Below, piece by piece: positions 1-9,486 of a DNA stretch of 64,000 nt. Under the pieces are notes generated by a model that ran no database searches, had not been told where the DNA came from, and saw only the letters and a program-made list of their open reading frames with translations. Position 1 is the stretch's first letter, and each line of letters starts with the position of its first letter. Both the position numbers and the translations under genes were made by a program. The DNA is from Phascolarctobacterium succinatutens (GTDB taxonomy: Bacteria > Bacillota > Clostridia > Christensenellales > CAG-917): NCBI GenBank assembly GCA_963593735.1, contig CAVBBF010000002.1, forward strand, positions 17,762 to 81,761, read 5' to 3'.

Positions 1-1056
1 GTTTTTAAGCCCTGCAAGTACGTTCTTCCTCTCGTTTTGCGTGCAGGAACTCGTAAGCAATGTAAATCTTATCCCCATTGCCTTTGCCACATTCGCAAAC
101 TTTTTTGCGTGTTGAGTTGCAAGTATTTCGGTGGGTGCCATAAGCGCGGCTTGCTTTCCGCCTTTTGCCGCAGTACACATTGCAAAGAACGCAACGGCGG
201 TTTTGCCGCTTCCTACGTCGCCGCTTATTATTCTCGACATATATTTGCTCGAGCACATATCCGACATAATATCTTCAAATGCATGTTCTTGCGAGGATGT
301 CGGAAGAAAAGATAACGTATTTTTATAGTCAACTATTCTAAAATTATCAAAATTATATAATACTTTTCTTGTTTTTTGAGCATTGTTGCGCAATTTTCTG
401 TATATCGACAGCACGATTGCAAGGTCGAGCGACGCAAGCGAATCTATCGCCCTTTCGGCAATATTTATGCTTGTGGGTCTGTGCGCCGCCTCGAAACACA
501 GTGCGAAATCCTTGTTTATTTTGGCAAGATTGCCCTCGTACGTTGTGCCTTTCACACTGTCGAGCGCAGAGAAAACAATATTCTTAAATGCGTTCTGCCC
601 CATCACTCCGCCAAGCGGATAGAGCGTGTATATGCCGTCGAGTTTTGAAATCTTCTCTATTTTTTCAAGCGAGGGATTTACGACGGTGAGCGAGCCTTGA
701 TCGCTTGAAAGCCTCGTGAGCATTCTGTACGACTGCCCGACTGAAAATCCGTCGTGCAAAAACGGCATATTGTAAAACATCGCCTTGAAATAGATTTTGT
801 TGTTTGCAAGGTTGTCGCTGAATATGACAAAAAAGGACTTTGTTTTCGAGCGAGTCACGCTCGATACGCTCTCCACTCTGCCTTCGAACAATGCGAGTTG
901 TCCTGCCTGTGCGTCGAGAACTTTTATAGGTCTTTTGAGGTCGATATACTTGCGTGGCAAAAAAGAAAAGACCTCGAATACTGAATGTATGTCAAGGTCG
1001 TTTAGTTTTTTTATCGTTGCGTCACCGACGCCTTTTACATCGCGCAACGTAAGCAT
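1..1056 (-). CDS. recG: ATP-dependent DNA helicase RecG, N-terminal part (continues past left edge)
   Basis: Not in the ORF track because its stop lies outside the window. My own translation of the minus strand from the ATG at 1056 stays open for all 352 codons: MLTLRDVKGVGDATIKKL...ISGDVGSGKTAVAFFA...APTEILATQH, including a Walker A motif. The ATG lies 1 nt after the yloV stop, matching the Bacillus order yloU-yloV-recG. Confidence 0.8.
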   Translation of the reverse strand, partial: MLTLRDVKGVGDATIKKLNDLDIHSVFEVFSFLPRKYIDLKRPIKVLDAQAGQLALFEGRVESVSSVTRSKTKSFFVIFSDNLANNKIYFKAMFYNMPFLHDGFSVGQSYRMLTRLSSDQGSLTVVNPSLEKIEKISKLDGIYTLYPLGGVMGQNAFKNIVFSALDSVKGTTYEGNLAKINKDFALCFEAAHRPTSINIAERAIDSLASLDLAIVLSIYRKLRNNAQKTRKVLYNFDNFRIVDYKNTLSFLPTSSQEHAFEDIMSDMCSSKYMSRIISGDVGSGKTAVAFFAMCTAAKGGKQAALMAPTEILATQHAKKFANVAKAMGIRFTLLTSSCTQNERKNVLAGLKN

Positions 1057-1057
1057 A

Positions 1058-2713
1058 TTATTCTGCGGAGATTATGTAGAAATAATGCGGTTGTCCGCCC
1101 GCATAGCAAGCGGTTTCAAGCCAGTCGAATTCTTCGGAAACCTTTGAGACAAGCGCATTTGCCTCGTCGTCGGACACGTCTTTGCCGTAATAGAGAGTGA
1201 GCATATCCTTGTCCTTTGCGATTTTTCTTATCGTATCGAGCGTCGTTTCCTCTATGCTTTGGCTCTTTGCGACGATTTTCTTTTCGCAAATGCCGATTAT
1301 ATCGCCTTCTTTGACGGAATATCTGTTCATACGAGTTGAACGAACGGCGTGCGTAACTTCGGCGCAAGTCACGCCGCGCATTGCAATGCACATATTTTCA
1401 TAATTATCTTCGGGCGTGGAATCCGAATCGAAAGCAAGCGAAGCGGAAATACCCTCCGGCATATTTGTCGTCGGAATGACGTACACTTCTGCTTTTGCCA
1501 GATCCTTTGCCTGATTTGCGGCGAGAATGATGTTAGAGTTGTTGGGAAGCACGAAAACGTTTTTGGCTTTTGCGTCGTTGACCGCTTTGAGAATGTCGTC
1601 AACGCTCGGATTCATCGTCTGTCCGCCTTCGACCACGATATCCACCATCAAATCTTTGAATATGTTTGCCATACCCTCGCCCGAGCAAATGGAAATCATT
1701 GCGTATTCTTTGAGCGTCTCTTCCTCTTCGAGTTTGTCGTTTGCGTGGATTTTGCGGTTTTGTTCGAGCATATTCTCGATTTTCACGCCGTCGAGTTCTC
1801 CAAGGCCCAAAGCCGCTTTCAACGCTCTGTCGGGGTGATTGGTATGAACGTGTGTTTTTACAAGGTCGGTGTCGCCTATGACAAGCACGCAATCGCCGAT
1901 TGTCATAAGATAATCTCTATACTTGTTGATTGCGGCAGTCGTAACCTCGTTTTTGAGGTGCGTGATAAAATATTCCGTGCAGTATTGAAAGGTTATGTGT
2001 TCATAGTCGTTTTCGAGCGGATCGAATTCCTCGCTCGGTGCCACGAGCGGCGCACTCACTTCCGTAGCGACTTTTCCGCCGCTGATAAGCACGAGTTCCT
2101 CGCCTACAAGCGTGCGATACATGCCGTCAAACACCGTGACGAGACCTCTGCCGCCTGCGTCCACGACACCCGCTTTTTTGAGTACGGGAAGCATATCGGG
2201 TGTCTTTTGCAGAATTTCCTCGCCTGCGTCTATAACGCGTTTAAGGAAGGATTCGAATTCGATTTTTTTGCCTTTAGACGCACTTTGCGCTTCTTCAGCC
2301 ATTGCTCTGACAACGGTCAAAATGGTGCCTTCTTTGGGTTTTGTGACCGCGCTGTACGCAATTTCCGTACCTTTTTTCAAACACTCGGCAAAAGTTTTTG
2401 GCGAGAGGTCGGCTTTGCCTTCGAGAGCAACGGCGAATCCTCTGAAAATCTGAGAAGATATAACGCCCGAATTGCCTCTTGCGCCTTTGAGTGCGCCTTT
2501 TGAGAACGCGAGCGCGATTTCGTCTATGAGCAAAGAGCCGCAAGCGTTTGCTTCTCTCACAGCCGACGCGAGCGTGAGCGACATATTGGTGCCGGTATCG
2601 CCGTCGGGAACGGGAAATACGTTGAGTTCGTCAACTATAGCCCTGTTCATTTCGAGAGCCTTTGCGCCGCCTTGCAGCATTTCTTTGAATTTTAATCCGT
2701 CAATTCTTATCAT
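1058..2713 (-). CDS. yloV: DAK2 domain fusion protein YloV
   Basis: 551-aa ORF with an N-terminal DhaL/DAK2 signature (FPVPDGDTGTNMSLT). Conserved position after the Asp23-family gene. Confidence 0.85.
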   Translation of the reverse strand: MIRIDGLKFKEMLQGGAKALEMNRAIVDELNVFPVPDGDTGTNMSLTLASAVREANACGSLLIDEIALAFSKGALKGARGNSGVISSQIFRGFAVALEGKADLSPKTFAECLKKGTEIAYSAVTKPKEGTILTVVRAMAEEAQSASKGKKIEFESFLKRVIDAGEEILQKTPDMLPVLKKAGVVDAGGRGLVTVFDGMYRTLVGEELVLISGGKVATEVSAPLVAPSEEFDPLENDYEHITFQYCTEYFITHLKNEVTTAAINKYRDYLMTIGDCVLVIGDTDLVKTHVHTNHPDRALKAALGLGELDGVKIENMLEQNRKIHANDKLEEEETLKEYAMISICSGEGMANIFKDLMVDIVVEGGQTMNPSVDDILKAVNDAKAKNVFVLPNNSNIILAANQAKDLAKAEVYVIPTTNMPEGISASLAFDSDSTPEDNYENMCIAMRGVTCAEVTHAVRSTRMNRYSVKEGDIIGICEKKIVAKSQSIEETTLDTIRKIAKDKDMLTLYYGKDVSDDEANALVSKVSEEFDWLETACYAGGQPHYFYIISAE

Positions 2714-2728
2714 CTTTATATATACCTA

Positions 2729-3079
2729 TCACACGCGAATGCCCACCACGTTGACGTGAACGCGCTTTACGCGCATACCCGTGAACGTTTCAAGCGAAAA
2801 CTTGACCGCATCCGCAAGGGACTTTTTGACTGCTTCTATATTCACTCCAAGTTTCAAAATGACAAACAACTCGACATATATAAGGTCGTCCACAGTCTGA
2901 ACGAGCGCACCTTTGCCGAGTTGATTTTTTCCGAGAAGTTGGCTTATATTATCGCTGAAACGGCGTGAAACCAAATCCACCACGCCGTAACAGTCCTGAG
3001 CCGAGTGGCTTGCGATAATCTGCATAGCCTCATCGCTCACGGAAATTTTGCCAAACTTGTTTGAAGTTGAAAGCGACAT
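2729..3079 (-). CDS. yloU: Asp23/Gls24 family alkaline-shock protein
   Basis: 116-aa ORF with typical Asp23-family length and sequence (ISVSDEAMQIIASHSAQDCYGVV). Paired with yloV. Confidence 0.85.
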   Translation of the reverse strand: MSLSTSNKFGKISVSDEAMQIIASHSAQDCYGVVDLVSRRFSDNISQLLGKNQLGKGALVQTVDDLIYVELFVILKLGVNIEAVKKSLADAVKFSLETFTGMRVKRVHVNVVGIRV

Positions 3080-3153
3080 ATCAATTCCTTTTTTAAAATA
3101 TTACTATATAAGATAATTTTTTGCAACTAAATGACAAATTTTATGCAAATCAG

Positions 3154-3182
3154 TTGCAAAAGCGATTTATATTTGTTAGAAT
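3154..3182 (+). promoter_or_regulatory. Candidate sigma-A promoter of rpmB
   Basis: TTGCAA (3154-3159), a 17-nt spacer, then TAGAAT (3177-3182), about 30 nt upstream of the rpmB RBS AGGAGG. Confidence 0.5.
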
Positions 3183-3212
3183 ATCAATCGTTCAAATTAG
3201 GAGGTACAGTAT

Positions 3213-3404
3213 ATGTCCAGAGTTTGTAGTGTATGCGGAAAAGGCAGAATGAGCGGCAACGCAGTCAGCCACAGCAACAGAAAGACCAGACGCAGTTGGG
3301 CGCCCAACGTTCAAAAAGTCAAAGTCAATACACCGACCGGCGGAGTTGAAGAAACTTACGTTTGCACGCATTGTCTTCGTTCCGGCAAAGTTGACCGTGC
3401 GTAA
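3213..3404 (+). CDS. rpmB: 50S ribosomal protein L28
   Basis: 63 aa, [34 protein letters not shown]. Strong RBS AGGAGG. Confidence 0.95.
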   Translation: MSRVCSVCGKGRMSGNAVSHSNRKTRRSWAPNVQKVKVNTPTGGVEETYVCTHCLRSGKVDRA

Positions 3405-3435
3405 TTCCTTCTGAATAATGTAGCAATCAACGTTA

Positions 3436-3461
3436 GCCTTCCGAAAGGAAGGCGTTTTTTT
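3436..3461 (+). terminator. Intrinsic terminator of rpmB
   Basis: GCCTTCC-GAAA-GGAAGGC stem-loop followed by a run of 7 T. Confidence 0.8.
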
Positions 3462-3650
3462 GTTGTAAAAAACTATATTTTTCGCTTTTTGCGAAAGGAA
3501 TTTAACTTTTTATATTCACTTCTTCTCTTTGTCTTTTTTCACGAAGAGTTTAAGGATTGCTTTGACAAATTTGGGCGGATTTACGCAAATGATTTTGTTC
3601 ATACTTCACCTCGTTTTTTACAAGGTATGAATCGAAAACGCCAAACGTTA

Positions 3651-3682
3651 CAAAGAAAAACGAACCTTAAAAGATTCGTTTC
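3651..3682 (-). terminator. Probable intrinsic terminator of rpe
   Basis: On the minus strand, AAACGAA-(10-nt loop)-TTCGTTT followed by TTCTTTG, about 75 nt after the rpe stop. Confidence 0.45.
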
Positions 3683-3757
3683 CAATCAAGTATTTTATAA
3701 CGATTTATATCGATTATTCGCCGTTTTATTGCGCTATTATCGCACAGTGGCAGCATA

Positions 3758-4399
3758 TCAGAGATGAAGCGATTCTATCGTTTTTTGCGGATTTTCGGAC
3801 TTGAAAACCGAACTTCCCGCAACCGCCACGCCAACGCCTGCGTCTTTTAGAAGCGCAATATTTTTTTCGCTCACGCCGCCGTCGACTTCGATGAGATATT
3901 TATATCCGTGCTTTTCGCGCTCTATTGCGCCGAGTTTGGCTTTTTCGAGGCATTGCGGCATAAAACTTTGACCGCCGAATCCAGCTTGAACCGTCATAAT
4001 GACTAGCATATCGATTTTAGAGAGATAGGGTTTTACAACGTCGAAATCGACATCGGCATTGACCACCAAACCGCATTTTTTGCCCTTTGATTTGATGATA
4101 TCGAGCGCGCCTTGCACGTCGTCGGACGCGTCGGGGTGAAACGTCACGATATCCGCCCCCGCGTCGCAAAACTTTCCGACGTACTTTTCGGGTTTGGTTA
4201 TCATAAGATGCGCATCAACGGGCAAATTCGAGTTTTGTTTGAACGCCTTTACCATCGGCATACCGAAAGTGATGTTCGGCACATAAACTCCGTCCATAAC
4301 GTCGGCGTGAACGATGTCCGCGCCCCATTTTTCGATATTTTTGACTTCCGTTGCCATATTGCCGAAATCGGCGGCGAGCATTGACGGTGCAACCAACAT
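3758..4399 (-). CDS. rpe: Ribulose-phosphate 3-epimerase
   Basis: 213 aa, MLVAPSMLAADFGN...HADVMDGVYVPNITFG...DGGV, typical of the RPE family. Confidence 0.9.
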   Translation of the reverse strand: MLVAPSMLAADFGNMATEVKNIEKWGADIVHADVMDGVYVPNITFGMPMVKAFKQNSNLPVDAHLMITKPEKYVGKFCDAGADIVTFHPDASDDVQGALDIIKSKGKKCGLVVNADVDFDVVKPYLSKIDMLVIMTVQAGFGGQSFMPQCLEKAKLGAIEREKHGYKYLIEVDGGVSEKNIALLKDAGVGVAVAGSSVFKSENPQKTIESLHL

Positions 4400-4456
4400 A
4401 ACTTTACCTCTATATTCTTTATTTGGATAATTGAACTTACTATTCCGATATTTCTC

Positions 4457-5017
4457 AACCCAAACGAAGTTTGGATATCATCGTGCAAGGCACGATATCA
4501 TCACAACGTGATATCATCGCCAAAGGCGATATCATTATTATACCTCAACTGCGGCGTAGCCGCAATTTCACCCGCGTAAAGCGCGGATATCACACAAATG
4601 AAGTTTGGATATCAACCGAGCGAAGCGAGGATTTTATCCGCGTAGCGGATATCGTTTGAGCCGCAGGCACACTCGTCATTCTGAGGGAACGCAGTGACCG
4701 TGAGAATCAAGCGAAGCGAACTGCGCCTACGGCTGGATTCCCACGCTGTCGCTCGGAATGACGATTGGGTGGGACACCCACACCCGAACGGAATAATGAC
4801 AAGTGGAATATTTGAATATTCCATAACCCAAACGAAGTTTGGATATCATCGTGCAAGGCACGATATCATCACAACGTGATATCATAGCCGCAGGCGATAT
4901 CATTATTGTACCTCAACTGCGGCGCAGCTGCAATTTCACTGCCTATAAAGGCAATTCCACGCGCGCTTGCGTGCATTTCCCTGCCGAAGGCAATATCACT
5001 GCGCCAACGGCGCAATA
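4457..5017. repeat. Intergenic mosaic of short variable hairpins joined by (G/A)ATATC linkers, including a 115-bp direct repeat
   Basis: Example: GATATCATC-GTGC-aag-GCAC-GATATCATC-AC-aac-GT-GATATCATC-GCC-aaa-GGC-GATATCATT, and near 4990 GGCAATATCAC-TGCGCC-aac-GGCGCA-ATATCAG. The direct repeat is 4457-4571 versus 4825-4939 (about 109/115 identical by my count). Confidence 0.7.
4674..4763. repeat. REP-like long imperfect palindrome
   Basis: CGTCATTCTGAGGGAACGCAGTG ... CACGCTGTCGCTCGGAATGACG are imperfect inverted arms about 22 nt long around a 45-nt centre. The element lies between the two 115-bp direct repeats. Confidence 0.55.
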
Positions 5018-5875
5018 TCAGTCGTATTGCTTCTCTTTTCTCTCGACGAGTTCTTGATAAATAGTCTTATATCTTTCGTATCTTCCCTTGCCTATTTCCC
5101 TGCCGACGTGCGCTTTTACGGCGCAATCTGGTTCGTCTATATGCGTGCACATATTGAAGCGGCACTCCTTTCTGAACGCTTCCAAATCGTCGAAATAGAG
5201 CCTTAGGTTTTCGGGCGCAACGTCCACCGTTTCGAGCATGGAGAAGCCGCAAGTATCCACAAAATAAGTGGATTCGCCGATATGGAAAATCTCAGTTTTT
5301 CTCGTCGTATTCTTGCCGCGTTTAATCTTTTTTGCAAGTTCACCCACTTCGAGCAAATCGCAATCGAGAATATTGTTGAGAAGCGAACTCTTGCCCACCG
5401 CCGATTGTCCCGCAAAGCAAGCGGTTTTACCCTTTGCGCAATCCACGATTTTTTTGACGTTTTCGCCTGTTTGCGCACTACATTCAATCTGCTTTACGAC
5501 GCCGTCGTACTCGCTCGTATCGATTGCTTTCACGTCGCATTTGTTCTTGACAAGCACGGGTTCGATACCCTCGACGAGGCAGTTTACGATGATTTTGTCC
5601 ACGAGCAGAAAATCGGGTTCGGGCTCCGGCGCAATCACGATAAAGCATACGTCTACGTTTGAAACGTACGGACGAATAAGGCGGTTTTTGCGCGGCTCGA
5701 CGTTTTCGATGACGAAACTATCGCGCTCTTTTGCGATTTCAACGTAGTCGCCGACGTAAATCAATCCGTCGTTTTTGAGCCTTTTGCGTGCAAAGCAAAC
5801 CTTGACGCCCTCGTCGGTGTCAACGAAAAACTTTGAAGCGACCGCTTTTATAACTCTGCCTTTGTACGTTTTCAT
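5018..5875 (-). CDS. rsgA: Ribosome small-subunit-dependent GTPase A
   Basis: 285 aa with an OB-fold N-terminus, a circularly permuted GTPase (NKCD...GQSAVGKSSLLN) and a C-terminal Zn knuckle (CRFNMCTHIDEPDCAV). Confidence 0.9.
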   Translation of the reverse strand: MKTYKGRVIKAVASKFFVDTDEGVKVCFARKRLKNDGLIYVGDYVEIAKERDSFVIENVEPRKNRLIRPYVSNVDVCFIVIAPEPEPDFLLVDKIIVNCLVEGIEPVLVKNKCDVKAIDTSEYDGVVKQIECSAQTGENVKKIVDCAKGKTACFAGQSAVGKSSLLNNILDCDLLEVGELAKKIKRGKNTTRKTEIFHIGESTYFVDTCGFSMLETVDVAPENLRLYFDDLEAFRKECRFNMCTHIDEPDCAVKAHVGREIGKGRYERYKTIYQELVERKEKQYD

Positions 5876-6002
5876 TCTGCCTTTATGATTTCGATTTTGT
5901 CTTATTTTTTCGGATTAAATCCGCATTTTCGATTTCGTTGTTTAATTCGTTTTAGTTGCTATTTATAGCGTTTTTATGCGATATATCGCATTTTTTTTTC
6001 GG

Positions 6003-7058
6003 TTATTTTTCGACGTTTTCGAGGTATCTTCTGCGAAGTTGACCGCACGCACCCTCTATGTCGTTGCCCAAACTTCTGCGTATTGTTGCCGACACGCCGA
6101 GTTTTTCGAGTTTATGCAAAAATTCTTCCGTTGCGTCAACGCTCGGCGCGATATGATTGCGCTCCTTGACCTCGTTGAGCCTTATGAGATTGACGTGCGA
6201 CGGAAAGCCTTTCAAGAGCCTTGCGAGTTCTCTTGCGCAAGCGTCCGAGTCGTTTTCGCCCTTAATGAGCGTGTACTCGAATATGACTCTACGCCCCGTC
6301 TTGTCGAAATAGTATCTTGCGCTGTCTACGAGTTGCTTAACGGAATACGCTCTGTTTACGGGCATAAGCGCGCTTCTAAGGTCGTCGAACGGCGCGTGCA
6401 GACTTATCGAAAGCGTGACTTTGTGTCCGCTGTCGGCAAACTTGCTGATTTTGTCGCAAAGCCCCGAAGTCGACAAGGAGATATTGCGCTCGCTGATATT
6501 TATTCCGCTCGAATCGCTCACTTTGTCGAGAAATTCAAGCACGTTGTCATAGTTGTCGAAAGGTTCGCCGCTTCCCATAAGCACGAGATTGGTCACCGCT
6601 CTCGACTTTGCGTTGCCGTCGTTATCGCGATTTACGCAGATGACTTGACCGAGCATTTCGGCAGGCGTGAGATTCCTCACGAGTCCGTCGAGGGTCGAAG
6701 CGCAGAACGTACACCCCATACGGCAACCTATTTGCGTTGATAAGCACAGTGTATCGCCGTAATCGTGCGGCATATACACGCCCTCAATGAGATTGTCGTC
6801 CAAGAGGCGGAACAGATACTTTTTAGTGCCGGACTTGCCCGTAAACACTTCGAGAATACTCACGGGATTCGCAACGAAATTCTCTTTAAGACGTTCTCTC
6901 AAATCCTTTTTGAGCGAGGTCATTTCGTCGAAGTCTTTTCCGTCTTGCAAAAACGAGTAGATTTGCGAAGCGGTATATTTCGGACAATCGGGAATAAGAG
7001 AGGCAATTTCCTCTCTGCTAAGTCCGAGCATAACCGATTTTTGTATACTTTCGCTCAT
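6003..7058 (-). CDS. rlmN: 23S rRNA/tRNA (adenine-C2)-methyltransferase RlmN
   Basis: 351 aa with the radical-SAM motif CRMGCTFCAS and the C-terminal ...GACGQL typical of RlmN/Cfr. Confidence 0.9.
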   Translation of the reverse strand: MSESIQKSVMLGLSREEIASLIPDCPKYTASQIYSFLQDGKDFDEMTSLKKDLRERLKENFVANPVSILEVFTGKSGTKKYLFRLLDDNLIEGVYMPHDYGDTLCLSTQIGCRMGCTFCASTLDGLVRNLTPAEMLGQVICVNRDNDGNAKSRAVTNLVLMGSGEPFDNYDNVLEFLDKVSDSSGINISERNISLSTSGLCDKISKFADSGHKVTLSISLHAPFDDLRSALMPVNRAYSVKQLVDSARYYFDKTGRRVIFEYTLIKGENDSDACARELARLLKGFPSHVNLIRLNEVKERNHIAPSVDATEEFLHKLEKLGVSATIRRSLGNDIEGACGQLRRRYLENVEK

Positions 7059-8335
7059 TTTATCCTCTCAATCTTTGCGATAAAGAATCCGTCGTATTCC
7101 TCGTGCGGCAAGATTTGAATCATGCCGTCGTTATCTTTGTATTTTCCGCCGTCGATACGGTCGAGTCCGTCAATCTTTTCAAGCGCGAAACCGTCGTTTT
7201 TCGCAAGAAAATCGTTTACAACGTCCTCGTTTTCTTCATTGAACAGCGTGCAGGTGGAATAAACCATTCTGCCGCCGACTTTGAGATATTTTGCGGCGTT
7301 TTCAATGATTTTCCGTTGCGTATCGGCAAGTTCCTTGACGCATTTTTCGTCCTTATTCAAGAACACGTCGGGGTGCTTTTTGAACGTTCCGAGGCACGAA
7401 CAAGGCGCGTCGCAAAGCACGAAATCGAAGGAATCCTTCCATTCGCCTGAAAAAACGCAAGCGTCGGCTTGAATCGCCTTTACGTTTGGCGTATGCATAC
7501 GGTTTTTGTACTTTTGAATGAGCGCGACTCTATGCGGATAGAGGTCGCACGCCGTGATTTTTCCGTGCGGACAAACCTCGCTCATATACACCGCTTTTCC
7601 GCCGGGTGCCGAACATATATCGAGAACTTGCGCCCCGTCCGTAACACTAAAAGCCTTAACGGCGAGCATACTCGAAGGCGATTGAAACGTAACAAGCCCT
7701 TTGTCGAACATATGTTTCACGCAATCCGTCGCTTTTACGATATAGCCGCCAACGTCGCTCTTTCTGAACTCGACTTTGTTCTTTTTGAGCAAAAATTCTA
7801 CGTCGCTCGGCGTTGCCATACGGCTGTTTATGCGGATATGTTCGAGCGTATCGCTTTTTGCGGATATAATCTCGATTGCCTTTTCTTTGCCGTATTGCGC
7901 TACAAGTTTATCGCAAAACCATTTCGGTTTCGAGTAGGTCACCGACAAATAGCAATCGTCGTTTTGACTCGGAAGCGTAAACTTGTTGTTCGCAACTTTT
8001 TTGAGAACGGCGTTTACAAAACCGCTTGCGCCGCCCTTTCCGTTTGATTTTGCCACTTCCACGCACTCGCTGACGATTGCAAATTTCGGTACGTCCGTGA
8101 GATTAAGAAGCGCGTACGTTCCGATTTTCAAGAGCGTAAGCACGGATTTTTGCGGTTTTTTCTCGACGAGTTGATTGAGGATATACTCGATTTTCACGTT
8201 TTCTTCGAGCGTGCCGTACACGAGCCTCGTCGACATATCGCTCACGCGCTCGCCGAGGAACGCCATATTGCTGTACGTCCCCTCTTGAAACACTTTTGAT
8301 AGTATTTTGTATGCGCTGTCGATATGTTTTCTCAT
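7055..8335 (-). CDS. rsmB: 16S rRNA (cytosine967-C5)-methyltransferase RsmB
   Basis: 426 aa with a NusB-like N-terminus and an m5C methyltransferase core (DICSAPGGK, DAPCSCLGT). The fmt-rsmB neighbourhood is conserved. 4-nt overlap with rlmN. Confidence 0.85.
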   Translation of the reverse strand: MRKHIDSAYKILSKVFQEGTYSNMAFLGERVSDMSTRLVYGTLEENVKIEYILNQLVEKKPQKSVLTLLKIGTYALLNLTDVPKFAIVSECVEVAKSNGKGGASGFVNAVLKKVANNKFTLPSQNDDCYLSVTYSKPKWFCDKLVAQYGKEKAIEIISAKSDTLEHIRINSRMATPSDVEFLLKKNKVEFRKSDVGGYIVKATDCVKHMFDKGLVTFQSPSSMLAVKAFSVTDGAQVLDICSAPGGKAVYMSEVCPHGKITACDLYPHRVALIQKYKNRMHTPNVKAIQADACVFSGEWKDSFDFVLCDAPCSCLGTFKKHPDVFLNKDEKCVKELADTQRKIIENAAKYLKVGGRMVYSTCTLFNEENEDVVNDFLAKNDGFALEKIDGLDRIDGGKYKDNDGMIQILPHEEYDGFFIAKIERIK

Positions 8336-8484
8336 TCGTTCCCTATAAAAATTTGCGGATTATTTGCAGTTGTTCTCTGCTGTTTTTTCGTTGTATGCCG
8401 TATGTGTCCTAACGTTTGCGTTTGCGGTTTTTCGTCACAGTACACGGCTCAATTTATATGTTACAAGCAATCTAATGTGCCGTT

Positions 8485-9423
8485 TCACTCTAATTTCGTG
8501 CCGATTTCGACGTTTCTGCCGAGCAAAAAAGCATTGTCGCTCATACGTTTTCCGCCTTCGAGTTGAATCTCTAAGAGCCTGACAACGCCGTCTGCGACCT
8601 TTACGAACAATCCCTCTTTCGCAGAGGATTTGACGACTTGTCCGAACTCGAAAGAATCGACGTTTTCGACGTTGCAATCCGCCTTTTCGACTTTGAAAAC
8701 TTTGAGTGATTTTCCGAAAACGTGCGTAAACGCCGACGGCCACGGAGACATACCTCGCACAAAACAATCGATTTGACGAGCGGTTTTTGAAAAGTCGATG
8801 TTGCCGTCCCCTTTACTTATCATCGAGCAATGCGTCGCTTTGCTTTCGTCTTGCGGCACGAACACGGCTTTTCCGCTTTCGACAAGGGATATCGCCTCGC
8901 AAATCGCCTCGCCGCCGAGAATCGCGAGTCTGTCGAACAACTCGCCTGCCGTTTCGTCTTTTCCGATGGGCGTTGCTTTTTCAAGCAAAATATCGCCTGC
9001 GTCCACCGCCTTTACCGTGCGCATAATGGTTATGCCGCTTTGTTCGTCGCCGTTGATAATGGACCATTGAATGGGCGAAGAACCTCTGTATTTCGGCAAA
9101 AGCGAAGCGTGTACGTTGAGTACGCCGAATTTCGGAATCGCCAAAAATCTTTCGCTCAAAATCTGACCGAACGCCGCCGTAACGACGATGTCGGGATTGA
9201 GATTTTCAATGTCCTCTATGCCCTCTCTCGACACTTTTTCGTACTGTAAAACGGGTATCGAGAGTTCTTGCGCCTTGACTTTGAGCGCAGAGGGTTTGAG
9301 TTGGTATCCTCGCCCGACGGGTTTGTCGAGACCTGTCACGACTGCTGACACCGAATATACCGAATTAAGTTTTTCAAGCACCGTCGCCGAAAAGTCGGGA
9401 CTGCCCATAAACACGATTTTCAT
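8485..9423 (-). CDS. fmt: Methionyl-tRNA formyltransferase
   Basis: 312 aa, MKIVFMGSPDF...NVHASLLPKYRGSSPIQ. Confidence 0.9.
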   Translation of the reverse strand: MKIVFMGSPDFSATVLEKLNSVYSVSAVVTGLDKPVGRGYQLKPSALKVKAQELSIPVLQYEKVSREGIEDIENLNPDIVVTAAFGQILSERFLAIPKFGVLNVHASLLPKYRGSSPIQWSIINGDEQSGITIMRTVKAVDAGDILLEKATPIGKDETAGELFDRLAILGGEAICEAISLVESGKAVFVPQDESKATHCSMISKGDGNIDFSKTARQIDCFVRGMSPWPSAFTHVFGKSLKVFKVEKADCNVENVDSFEFGQVVKSSAKEGLFVKVADGVVRLLEIQLEGGKRMSDNAFLLGRNVEIGTKLE

Positions 9424-9486
9424 AACGTCTTCTTTGTTCTTTTTATAATTTATTTGACTTTTATTGCGCTTCTTACGCAGCGTATT

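Noticed and set aside
1349-2503. Long antisense shadow ORFs opposite well-supported genes. Examples: 1349-2503 (yloV), 9605-10780 and 10796-11602 (priA), 12457-13347 (coaBC), 29701-31101 (rho), 31882-32979 (prs), 45857-46948 (ffh), 47442-48290 (ftsY), 51514-52614 (smc), 53878-54753 (plsX), 55279-56601 (ackA) and 56399-57643 (pta).
   Set aside because: In each case the opposite strand encodes a full-length protein with diagnostic motifs. The shadow ORFs are rich in R, F, V, H and C and have no recognisable family signature or RBS.
4471-5057. ORFs of 62 and 72 aa beginning MDIIVQGTISSQRDII...
   Set aside because: They are translations of the GATATCATC-linked hairpin repeats. They are duplicated only because the DNA repeat is duplicated, they have TTG starts without an RBS, and the second runs into rsgA on the opposite strand.
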